From the NCBI RefSeq assembly GCF_009914755.1, contig NC_060940.1: 64,000 nucleotides of DNA. One strand, 5' to 3'. Below the pieces are notes generated by a model. It was not told the origin of the DNA and made no database searches. It saw only the letters and a program-made list of their open reading frames with translations. Positions within the stretch are counted from its first letter, which is position 1. Each line of letters opens with the position of its first letter. The DNA comes from the human T2T-CHM13v2.0 reference genome, Homo sapiens. Below are positions 29,134 through 55,960 of this stretch, one piece after another. A program made the translations under genes and the position numbers.

Positions 29134-29929
29134 CGAAGCTAGGTTTGCTGCTTGCCTTTTTTTGGTCTGTTTGGTTGCTTTTTTGGTTGTTAGAGAAATG
29201 AGTGTTTCTTATTAAGTGACTAACATTCTCGTTGTTTCCGGTTTATGAATTTAGGCCCAGGGACTCCTGCATGTCCTTTTTAGCAAGGATAGCAGAATAA
29301 TATATCGCATGCAAGATAGAATCCTATCTGAGCCATTTCCAGGTGTATGAATCTGCTCATTTGGCCCCTACTCAGCAGAGTCATGTCTGGAGCTGTTCCT
29401 AGAGCACTCCATGGAAGGCAGGCGGTACCACTTTGCCCGTTCCACATGGTCTCATGCCCAGTGGGGAGCCCGGCCCCTTGCGGTTAGTGAGCCAGCCTCT
29501 ACTCCTGGTCACAGTGTGTGGTGCCAGCCATCATGGCTCCCCATGCCAGGTTCCTGCTTCTCATGGTCCTTCTCACGGTTGTTGGGAGTTTTCCTATCTC
29601 TCCAGTGCTCTTGGAAGACGGTTTATGGTATATTATCAAGGGAAGCCTGAAAGGGAAACTGCTAGTTGTGTTCACCACCCAACGAGATCTGGAGTCCTGC
29701 CTTCTTTCTACACTTAGTCACACAGACCTAGCCCCACAGCCCTCTAGTTGCAGGGCTTGATTGAGAAAAGTATGCAGAGGCCGAGAGTGTGTGTGACCGA
29801 CCACATCATAGCCATCGAATGTTTATCAATTCCCATTCAGTGTTTCAGTGAATCTTCAGTAGTCTCTGTGTTCTTTGTTAGTCACCTGGTTTAGATGTTC
29901 CATGAATTGTTCTTCCTCTTCTAGCAATG

Positions 29930-30245
29930 ATGACCAACGTCTATGAATTGTTAATATTTACCGGGGACTGTGCTAAGTGCTTTGCATGTGTATTTTTCAT
30001 TTGGTGTTCGCTATAACTAGGAGTAGGTTGTTTTGCTCCTTTCACAGAGGAGGAAACAGGCTTGGAAAAGGTCACTGGCATGCATAAATCCCAAGCTAGT
30101 CAGTAGCAGAGCTAGTCGGTAGCAGAACTAGTCCGTAGCAGAGCTAGTCGGTAGCAGACCTAGCCGGTAGCAGTGCTAGTCGGTGGCAGAGCTAGCCTTT
30201 GAATTGAGGTTTTTCTGACTCCAGATTCCATGCCTTAAACTGACT
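29930..30245. mobile_element. MIR (further MIR pieces at ~10490-10620, 31200-31720 split by an Alu, and 32700-32860)
   Basis: ctgtgctaagtgctttgcatg...acagaggaggaaacaggc...tctgactccaga core motifs. Confidence 0.7.
30095..30197 (+). repeat. 16-bp tandem repeat, ~6 copies, inside a MIR
   Basis: Unit gctagtcggtagcaga. Confidence 0.9.
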
Positions 30246-31828
30246 TCCTGAATGTATCCACTGGGATAAATTTCTCAAAATGGAATTGGTAGATCAGATG
30301 ATATATGAGTTTAAAATATGGATAGATAGTTCCAACCGGTTTTTCAGGGCATTGCCTGGTGTTTACCATTCTTGTGTATGTGCTTATTTGCACCAGCAGT
30401 ATTTATCTTTTAGTTTTGCTTTTAAAAACAAATCTTGTAGGCCAGGTGCGGTGGCTCACGCCTGTAATCCCAGCATTTTGGGAGGCCGAGGTGGGAGGAT
30501 TGCCTGAGCCCAGGAGTTTGAAACTGGCTTGGGCAACATAGCGAGGCCCAATCTCCCAAATAAATAAATGATATTTTTAAAAACAAAATAACACAGAGCC
30601 CTTGGAAATCAAAAATCTAGCAGGAGGAAAAAACATCTCTCGAGTTTATCTTCAATTATTAGTGAATTTAAGCATGTTTTCTTGCTTCAAAGCTGAATTT
30701 ATTTTTCAAGTAAAATGGTAATAGACATATGTGGTATGACTACCTAGTTATGAAGGTTAAAAGCAGAGGTACATTGTTTAGTACCTATTGCACGTATACG
30801 TGGTAAAAATGTTTGTGGTTTCCAAAAAATTCAGGAGTGTGGTAACCTTGGGTGAGAGTGAAGGAACACAGGAGTTTCTGGGAACGGGCACTGTTCTCGA
30901 TGACTTTGGCAGTGGTTACCTGGTGTCTGCCTTGTAGTTATTTGTGATAGTTAATGTCTTACAGACTTTTCTGTTATGTTTCACAGTTTAACTATTTTTT
31001 AAAAATGAGTGATGTCTTTGGCCAAAAACTTCAAATTGAGTTACTTTTATCTTCTATTTTAAAAAGCTGGAGTCACATTAAAAAAAAAAAAAGTCAGCCG
31101 TTATAGCACAGCCAGGAACATTGCAGTGGGGGCTGGGGGTTGCACACACAGTTTTATCCGCCCCGTGGTCCTGACGTGCTTGTTGACACAGCCCTGCAGC
31201 ATTGCTGAGGGCTTACTCAGCAGGCCAGGACTATTCTAACCACGTCACCTGAGTTAACTTGTTTAGCCTCACCAGTGACCCTAGGTAGGTATGATTATTT
31301 ATTACCTTTTTTTTGTTTTGTTGGTTTTTTGAGACAGGATCTTAGTCTGTCACCCAGGCTACAGTGCAGTGGCACCATCACAGCTCACCGCCTCCAACTT
31401 CTGAGCTCAGGCAGTCCTCTCACCTCAACCTTCTGAGGAGCGGGACCAGAGGCTAATTTTAAAATATTTTTGTAGAGACAAGGTCTCACTTGTTTCCCAC
31501 GCTAGTATTGAACTCCTGGACTCAAGCAGTCCTCCCACCTTGGCCTCCCACCGTGCTAAGATTACAGGTGTGAGCCAGTGCACTTGGACTGTTTGTTACC
31601 TTTTTAAAGTTAAGAAGATGGATATGAAGGAAGGTTGACATAACTTGTCCAAGGTCTCACAGTTAGTGAGCAGCTGAGCAGAGACTCCCTGACCCAGGCA
31701 GTCTGGCCACAGGACACTCTCCCCACCGTGCTGTGCTGCTCTCCCTGGCCAGGGGTGTCAAGCTTGGGGACTGTGGGTCCCTGGGAGGTCCATGGCTGAG
31801 GTTCAGAAGGTTTATCACCCTGAAGTCA

Positions 31829-32385
31829 TGTGAAAAATGTACACATTTCTCTGCAGGGCGAGTCCCGCATATCCCCAGGTGTTCTGTTACCACCTGCAAA
31901 AGGTAGACACGCCCGCCCGACCCCCCACTTGCTGTGCTCTGTTATAGTCCTCCTTGTCGCTGCACTCTGGGCCCCTAGAACTGGTGTCCCAGAAAGCCAC
32001 CCTGCTTTAGGCCCCGCCGCAGCAGTGGGGCCCTCAAGCGGGTCTGAAGACGAGCAGGTGCACAGACCCCCAGCCGAGCCTCATCTCCACGCAAGCACAC
32101 GTGGGCTCTTCATCCGGTTGCTTCTGTGGAGCAGTGTGGATTGTTAACACTAGGAATTAACTGTTGAATATGTGGTTTTTTCCTGTAACCAAATTGCTGT
32201 AACTGTACACTAACCTTGTGTGAGAAAAGTTTGTAGTCCTGCTAAAAGCTCCTCTGTCTCTGCCTATATAAATGAAACCCTAATGTCCCTACTTCAGAAC
32301 ACTGACTCCATTCCTTTGGAGTTGGTGTTTCCAGGTGGGCTATACTCAAGCATTACACATGAATAAACTCTCTTTAAGTTAAATA
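31829..32385 (+). mobile_element. Probable degenerate solo LTR (ERV1/MER class)
   Basis: TG start, TATATAAA at 32265, ctccattcctttggagttggtgtttcc, AATAAA at 32362 followed by ctctcttt; the 5' boundary is uncertain. Confidence 0.6.
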
Positions 32386-33690
32386 AATCAATTTACAAAA
32401 TGTAATTTTTCGAGAACAGAAAATGCAAAAGATCAAAACTCTGTAAACAAAAAAAGGAGACCATGTTAAGCAGTGTGGAGCCCCTGCATTTCCCCAGTCC
32501 TGTTTCTTCACACGTGTAGGCATCCCCCACAGGTAACTGCTTTTCTTCAGATAAAAGCAAATAAGAACACTTCCCCTTTTACATGAAAACACTGCATGCT
32601 ATATGGATTGTTTGCACCCTTGTGTTTTCACTGGATGATATGTATAGATACCTCTTTATCATTGCATAGAAAATAGAGTTGACATGTTTATTTCCATCCC
32701 AGACACTGTTGTAAGCATTTGACATATGAGCTACAGTAACTCACTGAGCTTTCTTCCAGTCCTGTGAGGGAGTTCTTTTATTATCCCCATTCTACAGATG
32801 AGGACTGTGGGACACAGAAAGGCCAAGTAACTTCCATAGGATCACACAGCAAGTTAGCAGAATGCATCTTCTTTCCTCTTAGATTATAAGTTCTTGGTGC
32901 ACCAGGGCCATGATTTTAATGACACCAACCTCCATTTAGCATAGCACTTTGTCAAAAGTGGGTGCTTGGTGTCTGCTGAGTGAAGAGATGATCAGTTGGT
33001 CCCACAGGGTAGCCATCTTTCTGTGGAATGTTAGGCACGGGCATTTATGCTGAGCATCTAGCCTTTAGTCACCTGCTACTAGGAAGTTACCTCTTAGACG
33101 CACATTTTCATTATGGCTTATCAAGTCACTTATAGTTGGCAACAAAGATGTTACATGTGTCTAATTTGCTGACATATCTAGTCACTGGAAGTACCAGCCA
33201 GAATGAGGTCAGAAGAATGACTAATAAATATTTTCAGGATGGCAGGTTTCCCTTGAATAGGGCATGTTATTAAATTCAGAACTCTTATCTGTGTGACTTA
33301 AACATTTAGCTGTTTATTTTTAATCTACTGAAGAACTTTTCATGGGTTTTGTGAGCAGACACTTCAACAGGAAAGCATGAAATGTTCAGGGTTAAAGAAA
33401 TTCTAGAGGGAAAATCTGCAGTTTGATGCCATCTCACCTCTAGAGGCCAGCCTAGATCAGCTCAGTTCTAGACATAAGGGCTGCAGGCAGGCCCCTGATC
33501 CAGCCATGGTTTTCAGGGGTTTCATGGATCTTCAGGGGTTTCAGTCTGAGCATCCTGCCCTGTTGGCCTGGAGCTCAGGGCTGGCACTCGGGGTTCCTAT
33601 GAGAGGAGGTCTCCAAAGCACTGCGGGGGTGGGGTGGGGTGGGGTCCGGTGGACGTCTGGTTGCTCAGTGTTCTGTGATCGTTTCTGCAG

Positions 33691-33833
33691 GGGGTAAAGG
33701 AAGTGGTATCTTTGACGAATCAACCCCCGTGCAGACTCGACAGCACCTGAACCCACCTGGAGGGAAGACCAGCGACATTTTTGGGTCTCCGGTCACTGCC
33801 ACTTCACGCTTGGCACACCCAAACAAACCCAAG
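33691..33833 (+). CDS. JPT2: JPT2 exon 3 ([11 protein letters not shown]...[12 protein letters not shown]...PNKPK)
   Basis: tttctgcag|GG, AAG|gtatgg; 143 nt. Confidence 0.96.
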
Positions 33834-34959
33834 GTATGGACTGCATTCAGACGTGACAGCGCAGCAGCGGGTATGCCAGGTGCTCTTTCCAAAAAGGCTC
33901 CAAGGCAGATGCGACATGTTTTTAGGGAGAATCATGGTGGGTGCCGTAGATTATCCTGGATGCAAGCATTAGTCATCGAGTTTGGAAGTTCCCCTGAGTC
34001 ACCCAGGAAACAGTCCAGCCTTGTGCTGACTGAAGCCGTGGGGGAAGCTCTTCTGTGCTGGTGGCGGACGCCCACTGCAGACGGGCTGTGGCGGCTCCTC
34101 ACTGCAGTGCTGCGGGGCGCGGAGAAGCGGTGGGGAGCGGAACGTGCCGCAGACGAGCTGGGCCCTTGTCCGTCTTCCACTCTTCCTGTTTCACCTTGCA
34201 GAGGAAAAGTGACAGTTCTTTTCTGATGGGCTTTTCCCCGCACAGTCAAGGTCCTCGGCTGGTTACCTGTGGAGATTGTCAGCACTTGACTGAAGCGTAG
34301 CTGACGCCTCTGACCCAGTAATGGCATCAGTAGGATAAGACAAGTGGCCTGGAAAGGAGAGGAATGCCTACACGATGCGACCTCGGGCATGGCCTTAGCA
34401 GGGATTGATCAGAGCTGCAGCCTCCCTGGGCTATGGTGGAGGGCTTGCCTAAGGCCAGTCTCGGCTTTCGTGAGGACCAGAGCCTGCACTACCCTAGCTT
34501 GGACATTTGTTTGAATGGTGGCAGAACATTTCTAGGGTTTACTGCAGCCACCGTTCATCAGTAAGAAAGACCAGGATTTATTACTAACATAATTAGCGAT
34601 ATTTTTTCATCTATTCACTTTTCTACCTTTTTTGTGGTTAAAAGATATGGTCTGGTTCCTTAAAGTGGAAAATTCTTAACCATTTCTGGAGTTACTTAAC
34701 GCCTAGAAAACTGCTGCATGTTTATTGGTTTATATGCTGGAAGATGGCCCATTGCAGAATTAAAATGGAAATGTAGACAGAAAGGAGAGGACATGAGTGG
34801 ATGAGGGCATTGATCGCGGCCAGCCTGGTTTGGATTGCCCTACATCTCTCTTGTGCTGGCATCTCTGCAGCGACATCTCTTTCCAGTGTATAGAGTCTTA
34901 TATAGGACCTGTTAGACTCTGCTGAGGTTTGGTCGTGTTTTTTCGTTTTATTTTGTTTT

Positions 34960-35243
34960 TTCTTTGAAATAGAGTCTCATTCTGTTGCCCAGGCTGGAGT
35001 GCAGTGGCACGATCTCAACTCACTGCAGCCACTATCTCCTGGGTTCAAGCAATTCTGCCTCAGCGTCCCGAGTAGCCAGTGTTACATGCATGCACCACCA
35101 CGTCCGGCTAATTTTTGTATTTTTAGAAGAGACAGGGTTTCACCATGTTGGCCAGGCTGGTCTTGAACTCCTGTCCTCCAGTGATCCACCCGCTTCAGCC
35201 TCCCAAAGTGCTGGGATTACAAATGTGAGCCACTGTGCCCTGC
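34960..35243 (-). mobile_element. Alu
   Basis: Consensus. Confidence 0.92.
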
Positions 35244-35539
35244 CATGCTGTCTGAGTTATTTTCAAGAGAGCATCTATTTGGGAAGTATCTTTGGGGGCT
35301 TTACTACAAGGTGAACTTTGGCAAGACCAGAAATGTCCCAAAAGTCAGCAATTCCTCTACTACGTAAAGCACTCGAATTAGCCGGACACGAGAGCAAGGT
35401 GCTTCCTGCTGAGACTCACACTTTCCAGTGAACGTAGATCAGGTAGAGGACTGTAGGACATCAGTACAACTGGGCATAGAACAAGTGGAAACAGAGTAGA
35501 GCTTTCTTTGATTTTCTAATAAAGTTCTTTTGGTCCAGG

Positions 35540-39399
<3,860 letters not shown>

Positions 39400-39659
39400 T
39401 CATTAATATTCGCAGTTTTGAGGGTGCTACTGTTATTTTTTAAAGGATGTTTTAAGAGCTACATCTTGAAATATGTATGGATAAATGAAATATCAGGTTT
39501 GTTTCAGAATAGTCTGTAGAGGATTGGGGGGGTCCTGAGGTCAGATATACAAGCATTTTTGTAAATTAAAAGGTTATATGGTCCTGATTTTCATTGTCCA
39601 TTTGAATGAGGGTAAAATTTTCTGAGTGAGTCCTGATTTGGTGGTTTGCCTTGTTGCAG

Positions 39660-39708
39660 GATCATGTTTTCTTATGTGAAGGAGAAGAACCAAAATCGGA
39701 TCTTAAAG
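39660..39708 (+). CDS. JPT2: JPT2 exon 4 (DHVFLCEGEEPKSDLK)
   Basis: ttgttgcag|GAT, AAAG|gtgagc; 49 nt, phase 0 to 1. Confidence 0.93.
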
Positions 39709-40658
39709 GTGAGCTTTTGTTTTCTTTCCCTTCTCCTGAGTGGCCTCATTATTTCTGGAAGAGTTGCTAGTCTCTCCTCTGGGAATGAAAAGGAGTCTTT
39801 CTTTGCACCTTCTGGGCCACCTGATTAAAACGAGCTCAGGTGTATCCACTGCAAGAGGATTCAGCATTTGAAGAAGGCTAGGGTGAAACCCTGGGACTTG
39901 GTTGTCTTGCTCATCAGCCTAGGCCCAGGGCCATGGGGTCGTCTCCTAGAAGCTCATCTGTGTAGTGATGGGCAGGGATCCCAAACCTTCAGTGAACTCA
40001 TGACCAAGCATAGAGCTGGCAGAACTAATCGAGAAGAGAGGGGCACAAGAGAGGGATGGAGGATGGGGAGGCGGGTGTCTCCATGGTGAGTCACCCCGGG
40101 GGAGTGAGCCACTGCTCAGGTTGAGCGGCAGACTTCGACTCTCCCCACGGCTCTTTAGCCTGACCATGGGCATCGGTTTCTGCCTTTGGGTCTCCATTTC
40201 CCTTAACTAATGACCAAGATTTGTGGGATTTCATTCACCTTTGAAAAGCCCAGGGTAACAGCAACAGAGCCTGCCTTTGCCTTGCTAAGCCCTCACCTAG
40301 GATGCATTCCCTCGCCGCCTCATGGTCACTCTCAGGGGCTTGCTTTCTATACTTGAGATGGAAGAAATGGGAGTGGTGTCTAACAAGCAATATAAAGAAA
40401 CAATTCACTTAGGAAGAAATCAAGGAGTATTTACAGTAGCAAGCCCCAACTTTATGCCCATTTCAAAACTGCATCTGCTAATTACAGTGAGTTGTTTTGG
40501 TACCAGATGAAAAGCCTGTCTATATTGTCTTCTCTTTCCCAGTTACAGCATGAATTTCTTGCAGGTTGCTCTATGACACACTTTTTATTTCCACAGCCTG
40601 CCTGTCAGGGTCATGGGTTGCCTCTAATGGGATGTTGTTCTAACTTTGTGTCCCACAG

Positions 40659-40846
40659 CTGCAAGGAGCATCCCGGCTGGAGCAGAGCCAGGTGAGAAAG
40701 GCAGCGCCAGAAAAGCAGGCCCCGCCAAGGAGCAGGAGCCCATGCCCACAGTCGACAGCCATGAGCCCCGGCTGGGGCCGCGGCCTCGCTCTCACAACAA
40801 GGTCCTGAACCCACCGGGAGGCAAATCCAGCATCTCCTTCTACTAA
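40659..40846 (+). CDS. JPT2: JPT2 exon 5 coding part ([11 protein letters not shown]...[12 protein letters not shown])
   Basis: tcccacag|CT, TAA stop; the exons sum to 44+149+143+49+188 = 573 nt = 190 aa. Confidence 0.96.
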
Positions 40847-48920
<8,074 letters not shown>

Positions 48921-51900
48921 GACAATTGCCTTTGCTTTCGTGCGTGTGTTCAGTCAAAACCGTTTCCCGACCCCAAGTGCTACCTCTGTTGGCTGCCATT
49001 CTAAACCCATCTAGAAAAGGAATCTTTTGGTGTTCTTAGGGGGCTGCAGCCGTCTGTGGATGATGTTGGAGACCTTTCCCTTGTCCCTAATCCCGTATTT
49101 TGAAGGTCTGTGACACGGGTGAATTGGGTGGTTGATGTAAACACAGAACAAGGCCGCAGGCGGGCTGCTCCTCTGTCAGCAGAAGGAACACTCGAGTTTC
49201 TGGAGGTGATGTCTTTGCCCCCTTGGTTCCTTGCTTGGCGAGATTGTTAGCTGATGTAGCCAGGGCTGAGAAACTCCACTCTGGCTTCTGAGGAGTTAAC
49301 AGTCTGAGTTTGAAGCGTTTAATTCTGTGCTAGGATGTCTCCATAACCTGGAAATCGCTTGTCTGTGAAGCAGTTACAAGAGCCGGGCCCTGTGGGGAGC
49401 ACCACTTAGCTTCATTCATTCACCGTCAGATACTGAGCTCGGCCTGCCTGTGTGTGGGCCCAGAACCTCGCCCTTTGTCAGAAACAGGTTCAGGGAGGCT
49501 GGTTCCCATCCCTGCTTTGCCTCTGTGACCTTGGCCTGTCGCCTGCCTGGGGTTCGATTTTCCATCAAAGGAGTGAATTGCACTAGGCGATCTCCAAGCC
49601 CAGAAATTCTCTCATTCTAGGAGTTAGGTAATGCTGTTTGACTTATGAATAGAAGTGTCTTAGGAAATGAGCTTCAATTCCTTTTCAATTAATTCGGCTT
49701 AACACATTCTTGACTTTAATAGGAAAATAAAAGATTGTGTCAGTATTTTGGCTTTTTCTGAAACCAAGGTGATTTATGGCCTAGTTTGGTTTAAAGCGTG
49801 TTTATAAAAATCATAACAGTATGTTGTATCATTCCTCCTTTCCTGTGGTTTCTATTGCGTTTGGGCTTCGTGTCTGTCGCGAGGTGGTTATGCATTGATT
49901 GGAATGCCCCGGTTCCAGCAAAGCTGAGTTAAAGCTCTCAACCTAAGGGAACGCAAAGGTTCATGGATTTTGGAGCTCAGGGTGACTATAGGCATTTTAC
50001 TGGGAAGGAAACTTGTCCTGAGAAGTGGAGGGGCTGAACCAAGGTCACCCACCCCAGAAGTGCCCAGCCAGGATGCAGAGTGAACCCGACACCGGCCTGG
50101 GCACTTGCTTCCATGTCAGGCAGCTGCAGGCACCGGAGGGCTGCTCCCCAGAAGCCTGGAGTGCCAGGGCTGCCCTCGCTCAGCTGTGGAGCTGTGGCTG
50201 CCCCCTGTGCTGGGCACCGCCCTCCACTGCTCTCCCACACTCAGTGGCCTGACCTGGATTTCAGGTGGGTTTCTTTTTTTCACCTTGTACCTGTGTGGTC
50301 AGTATAGTGGACGAGAAGGAACTGAAAGGAGAAAATCAAGATGGACAACGTTAAGGCTAGGAATTATAACCTTGCCGCTTAAAAATGAGCTGTGCACAGG
50401 ATAGGCGCTGCCCAGCTCTGTGCGGTTCACATGCAAGCTGCTGTGAGTGCATCTGCCCTCCCCCAGGGCTCCTGCTGAACCAAGCTGGCGGGTGTGCGTG
50501 TGGTTTGCAAAGCTATCACCTTTAGTCTGAGACCCACCATTGCCCCAGCGCTTTAGAGAAGCTGCACCGAGAGCTTCGGGAGCCGAGCCCCGAAGCCAGC
50601 CAATGCTTGGCCAGCATGGAGGCTATGATTAAACGCTAACGGGGCGCCCTTGGAAAGACCTCAGGGCTTTACAACTAAGGAAGAGGGCTCGATGCTGTCA
50701 ACATTTGGCATGCCTACTCCTCTACTGAATCAAGCAGACCTTCATTTCCAACTTTGTAGACCATTGTGCCCTGTGGGTCGGCGTCTTTTCTAGGCAGGGA
50801 CTTGTGATCACATAGACGTGTGTCTGATAAGAGGGGAGCGGGACGTCACACGCTGCAGGCGTGTCTTGTTGCAGAGGAGCTCCTGGGTGAGCTGTCAGCA
50901 GAAGCTCCGTCCCCAGCCACTCTGCTCAAGAAGGCTTAGTCAGAGATGGGTAACCTGAGCCACTGCAGCTTCTGAGCAGACAGAATCCGCAGGGTTTTAT
51001 AAAAACCTGAGCAGAGCAGACATCCCTGTTCCCATCTTCTTGCCGGTCATTACCACAGTGACTCCCAATGTGCTCTGATAACAGGCAGCTGAGTGTATGA
51101 GAGTGACAGGAGCTAGAGAGGGTGGGGTCTCCCGAGAGACTGACCCAAGCCGTGGAGTCTGCAGACCCCAGCCTGAGTGTCAGCCCGGCCCTCAGGAGCC
51201 ACACACCCTGGGTCCATCCTCTTCCCCTCGCTGGGCTGCAGTGGCCGCGGACTTTGCAAGTCAGTTTCATCTCAAGATCCAAGCACCATCACTGGCTGTT
51301 GGTTGCCTGGAGAATTGTGGGCAGGCAGATGTAGCAGAGTCAGGGCAGAACCCTTGACGGGTTCTCAGGGCCGCCGTGGACGGCAGGCACCGGACATTGC
51401 TAGCCGCCTACCAGACAGTGCAGTTTCTGGTTGTGCAGGCTCTGATACAAAGTTTTTTAAAACCCTCAAGTTATTTCCCAGTGGAAAAGAAGAAGGTGGG
51501 AAACAGCAGCTGAACGGGGTGGGGGCTGGCAAGGAGCAGATGCTGCCTCCACACGCACCGTCCGGTGCAGCTCCAGAGGAGGGCCGGGCAGAGCCACCAC
51601 GTTTGCCGGGCTTACCCGGGCAGCAAAGAGCCCTTCTCCCATAGTGATCAACTGCTTAGCTTACAAGAGGAAAAATAAGGTGTGAGAGATGACATGTGAA
51701 TATTAGTGGTCATTATTTGCCTTAAAATCTTCTTAACCCTAAAGAAACTGCTGCTGGTAACACCCCCCAGGCTCATGGCAGGCAGCTGGAGTGGGTGTTC
51801 TCTCAACAAGCCCAGATGGTGATGTTTGCTGATCATTCGGCATTTGATGCTATGTAAGGAAAGGATGCAAGGGAAGACAGTTTTATCCAAAACTTATTTT

Positions 51901-51923
51901 TTCCGAGTTAAATAAAAGTTACC

Positions 51924-52355
<432 letters not shown>

Positions 52356-53509
52356 TGTCATCCATTTCATAGACTATTTGGGTAGGATTCAGCTGGAGAA
52401 AACAAACACCATAATCCCGCTCTACAGAGATGATCAGTCTGCCATTTTTCCTTCTTTTTTTCTCCTCTGCGCCAGACGATCTGCAGGAAGTCTTTTCCAT
52501 CAATGAATTAAGATGCTGAATCAGAAATTTTTATTTTTGTTTTTCATATGACAAATAGTAAATCCACCACTGCTTGGCCAGAGTATGCGATTTCTTTTCC
52601 TGCCATGTTATGATATTAAGAACAGTTTTTTAAAAAATGTTTTTTAAATGAAGCTATCAAGATGGGGCTGCCAGAGCTGCCTTTCCTAGGTGCCTCTGAA
52701 AGCTGGCCTGGTGTAGCTGTACCACTCACCAGGAGTACAGCAGTCTCCCTAAAAAGTGGAGCAAATACATGTAGGAACCATGGAGAAGGAGGTACCTGCC
52801 AGCCAGAGAGAACACGGGACAGAGGCCGAAGTGGCCCGGAGGCCGCTGGGCGCAGCCTGCCCCTCTGCCGCTCCGCTGCGGGAGCCCCCGGGCCACGCTG
52901 GCAGCAGTCAGACAGGGCCGAGAGCTGAGAGAAGTCAGTTCTTCCAAAATTAAGATTTCTAAATGAAATATCTGTTTCATTTTTACGTTTTTAAAAACCA
53001 TTTTGAAATATGTACAGAAAGGTTGCAGAATTAACACTCCTCACCCAGCTTCCCAAGTGCAGGCGTCTTCCCACGCTGCTTTCTCTGGCTGTGTAAGGGG
53101 CTCAGGGGTCCCTGTGTCCTTGTTGTGTCCTGTGTTCTGCGGTGGCCCCTCGTTCTCTGCTCTTTGTGACCTTGACCATTGCGACAACACAGTTCAGTCA
53201 CTTTGCAGCTGTGCCTCAGTCTGGCTCATGGGCCCTGGGGACCAGATATGGAGCATGTCCTCAGGCCTCAGCAGGAAGACCCATGGCATGCAGAGCCTCC
53301 TAGATCCTTAATCTGTGCCAGATGGGCATCAGGTGAGGGGCACAAGATTTTTGGATGGGCCCCTTTCCCAGGTTCCCATTTATTACCAGGGCTGGAGGAT
53401 GAGCTGTTAGTGCATGAAAATCACTACAGAAGCTTGCCCAGGAGCTGCATGGGGTGCCGGCTCTCCGGACTTGTTTTCCTTTGCCCTGTTGAAAGTTGGG
53501 GTCCCAACG

Positions 53510-54209
<700 letters not shown>

Positions 54210-54959
54210 AGCCTCAGGAGTTCTTTAATGTCCCCACTTTTCATCTCCTTTGCTGCCTTCTGCTTCCAGTCACCACCATCCCAGGGTCTCCCGGCCACTC
54301 CCACCGCCGCCACTTTGCCAGCCCAGAGAACCCTCACAAAGCATATCTGGTCTCTGAGTGCTAGGGTGAATTCCAGGCAGGGGGATTAGCTGATTGCTCT
54401 CCTGGGGCAGACTGGACATCTCAGGTGGTGATAACATGAGGGGATCTGAGTGACAAGGTGGGCCAGGACACTGGGTGGACAGAGTGAGGCTGTCTTCCCC
54501 AGGTGGCCCCCCACTGGGCCCACCTCTCACCAGCCTCATCTGCCTCTGGTCTTCTGGCTGCCCCCCATTCTGCAGACCTGCAGTTCCTGCCTCCTAGACC
54601 ACCTGCCCCCACCCCTCCCTCGGGGTTTATCTGGCTAGTTCCCGTCTCTGCCGGATTCGCTGGTGTCTGCCTCCGCAGTGCACCTGCAGAGAAGCCCCCA
54701 TCACCCACTCTGCCGCCCCTGCCTGGGGAGCTGGGCCCCCACCAGGCCTCTCTCCCGGCTTCCGCAAGTTAAGCTGCTCCCTGCCAACAAGGGGCCGGCA
54801 CCCTTTGGTTCATTCAGCCTGAGCCTGTTGTTTCCTTTTCTCGGCACACCCGGAGATGCTGGCCATCTGTGTGTGTGGATAAAGGGAAGCCGGCTTTCCT
54901 CTGTCTCTGCACACATCTCACCAAACTGTGCAGTTCCGGAAGGTCAAGGACTGTCTCTT

Positions 54960-55290
54960 TGGAGCAGCCTTTCTGACAGAACGTTCTGGGATGATGGAAA
55001 TGTTGTATTTGGTGCTGTCCACTTCAGTAGCTGCTGGCCACATAGGGCCGTTGAGCATTTTAGGCATGACTCATGGAACTGAGGAACTGGATTTTTAGTT
55101 GTATTTACTTGTTTCGGAGATGAGGTCTCGCCACGTTGCCCAGGCTGGTCTCAAACTTCTGGACCGAAGCAATCCTCCCATCTCAGCCTCCCGAATAGCT
55201 GGGACTACAGGCTCGTGCCACCATGCCCGGCTGTGTTTTATTTTAATTAATGTAAACATGTGGCCAGGGCTTCCATACTGGACAGTGTGG
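54960..55290. mobile_element. MER3-like hAT element interrupted by an antisense Alu fragment (~55110-55232)
   Basis: agaacgttctgggatgatggaaatgtt...gctgtcca...actgaggaactggatttt pattern. Confidence 0.7.
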
Positions 55291-55639
55291 CTGTGGGCAG
55301 TCTAGCTGAGCTGCCTGGAAGCAAGGGCAGATGGTGAGTTACTCAGCTTCATGCAAGAAAGGAAGATGCTTAAAGGGTGGGTTTGTTTCCTGTTTAATGA
55401 ACATTTTCCAGAAAGAGGGGAGATCCCGTAGCAGTGGGTTTCAGATACAGGAGACCAGACAGGAGAAAATATTGTGAGATGGGAAAGTGGATGCCAGCAA
55501 CAGGAAACAGCAGAGAGGGGCTGAAGTTCTCGAAAGGCCAAGAAGAGCCTGGTGGGAAACCGCTCGCACCTCAGGACTGCCTGTGCTCAGGGCACAGGAT
55601 CGACTTTTTCGCCTTGGGCTGCTTTTTGTTTTCTTTCTG

Positions 55640-55960
55640 TGGGTAACAATTTTATTGCAGTATCATTGACATACACTGAACTGTACATACTTAAAGAGTA
55701 CAATTTGATGAGTTTTGAAATACGTATAAACACCAGAAGCCATCCCTGCAGTCCAAGCAGCGTAGACGCCCGGACCCCAGAGTTCCCTGTGTCCTATGTA
55801 ATCCCCCTCCGACCCCTCCTTGCCCCACCTGTCCCCAGGTAACCACTGACCTGCCTTCAGTCACTGTAGGTTAATTTGCATCTTCTAGAGCTTTGCATAA
55901 TGGCCTCCTGCAGTGCGTACGTGGTTTCCTCTGACATCTTCCACTCGGTACAGTGATTCG
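55640..55960 (-). mobile_element. Old L1M 3' fragment
   Basis: acaattttattgcagtat...tacaatttgatgagttttga...ccccaggtaaccactgacctg. Confidence 0.65.
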
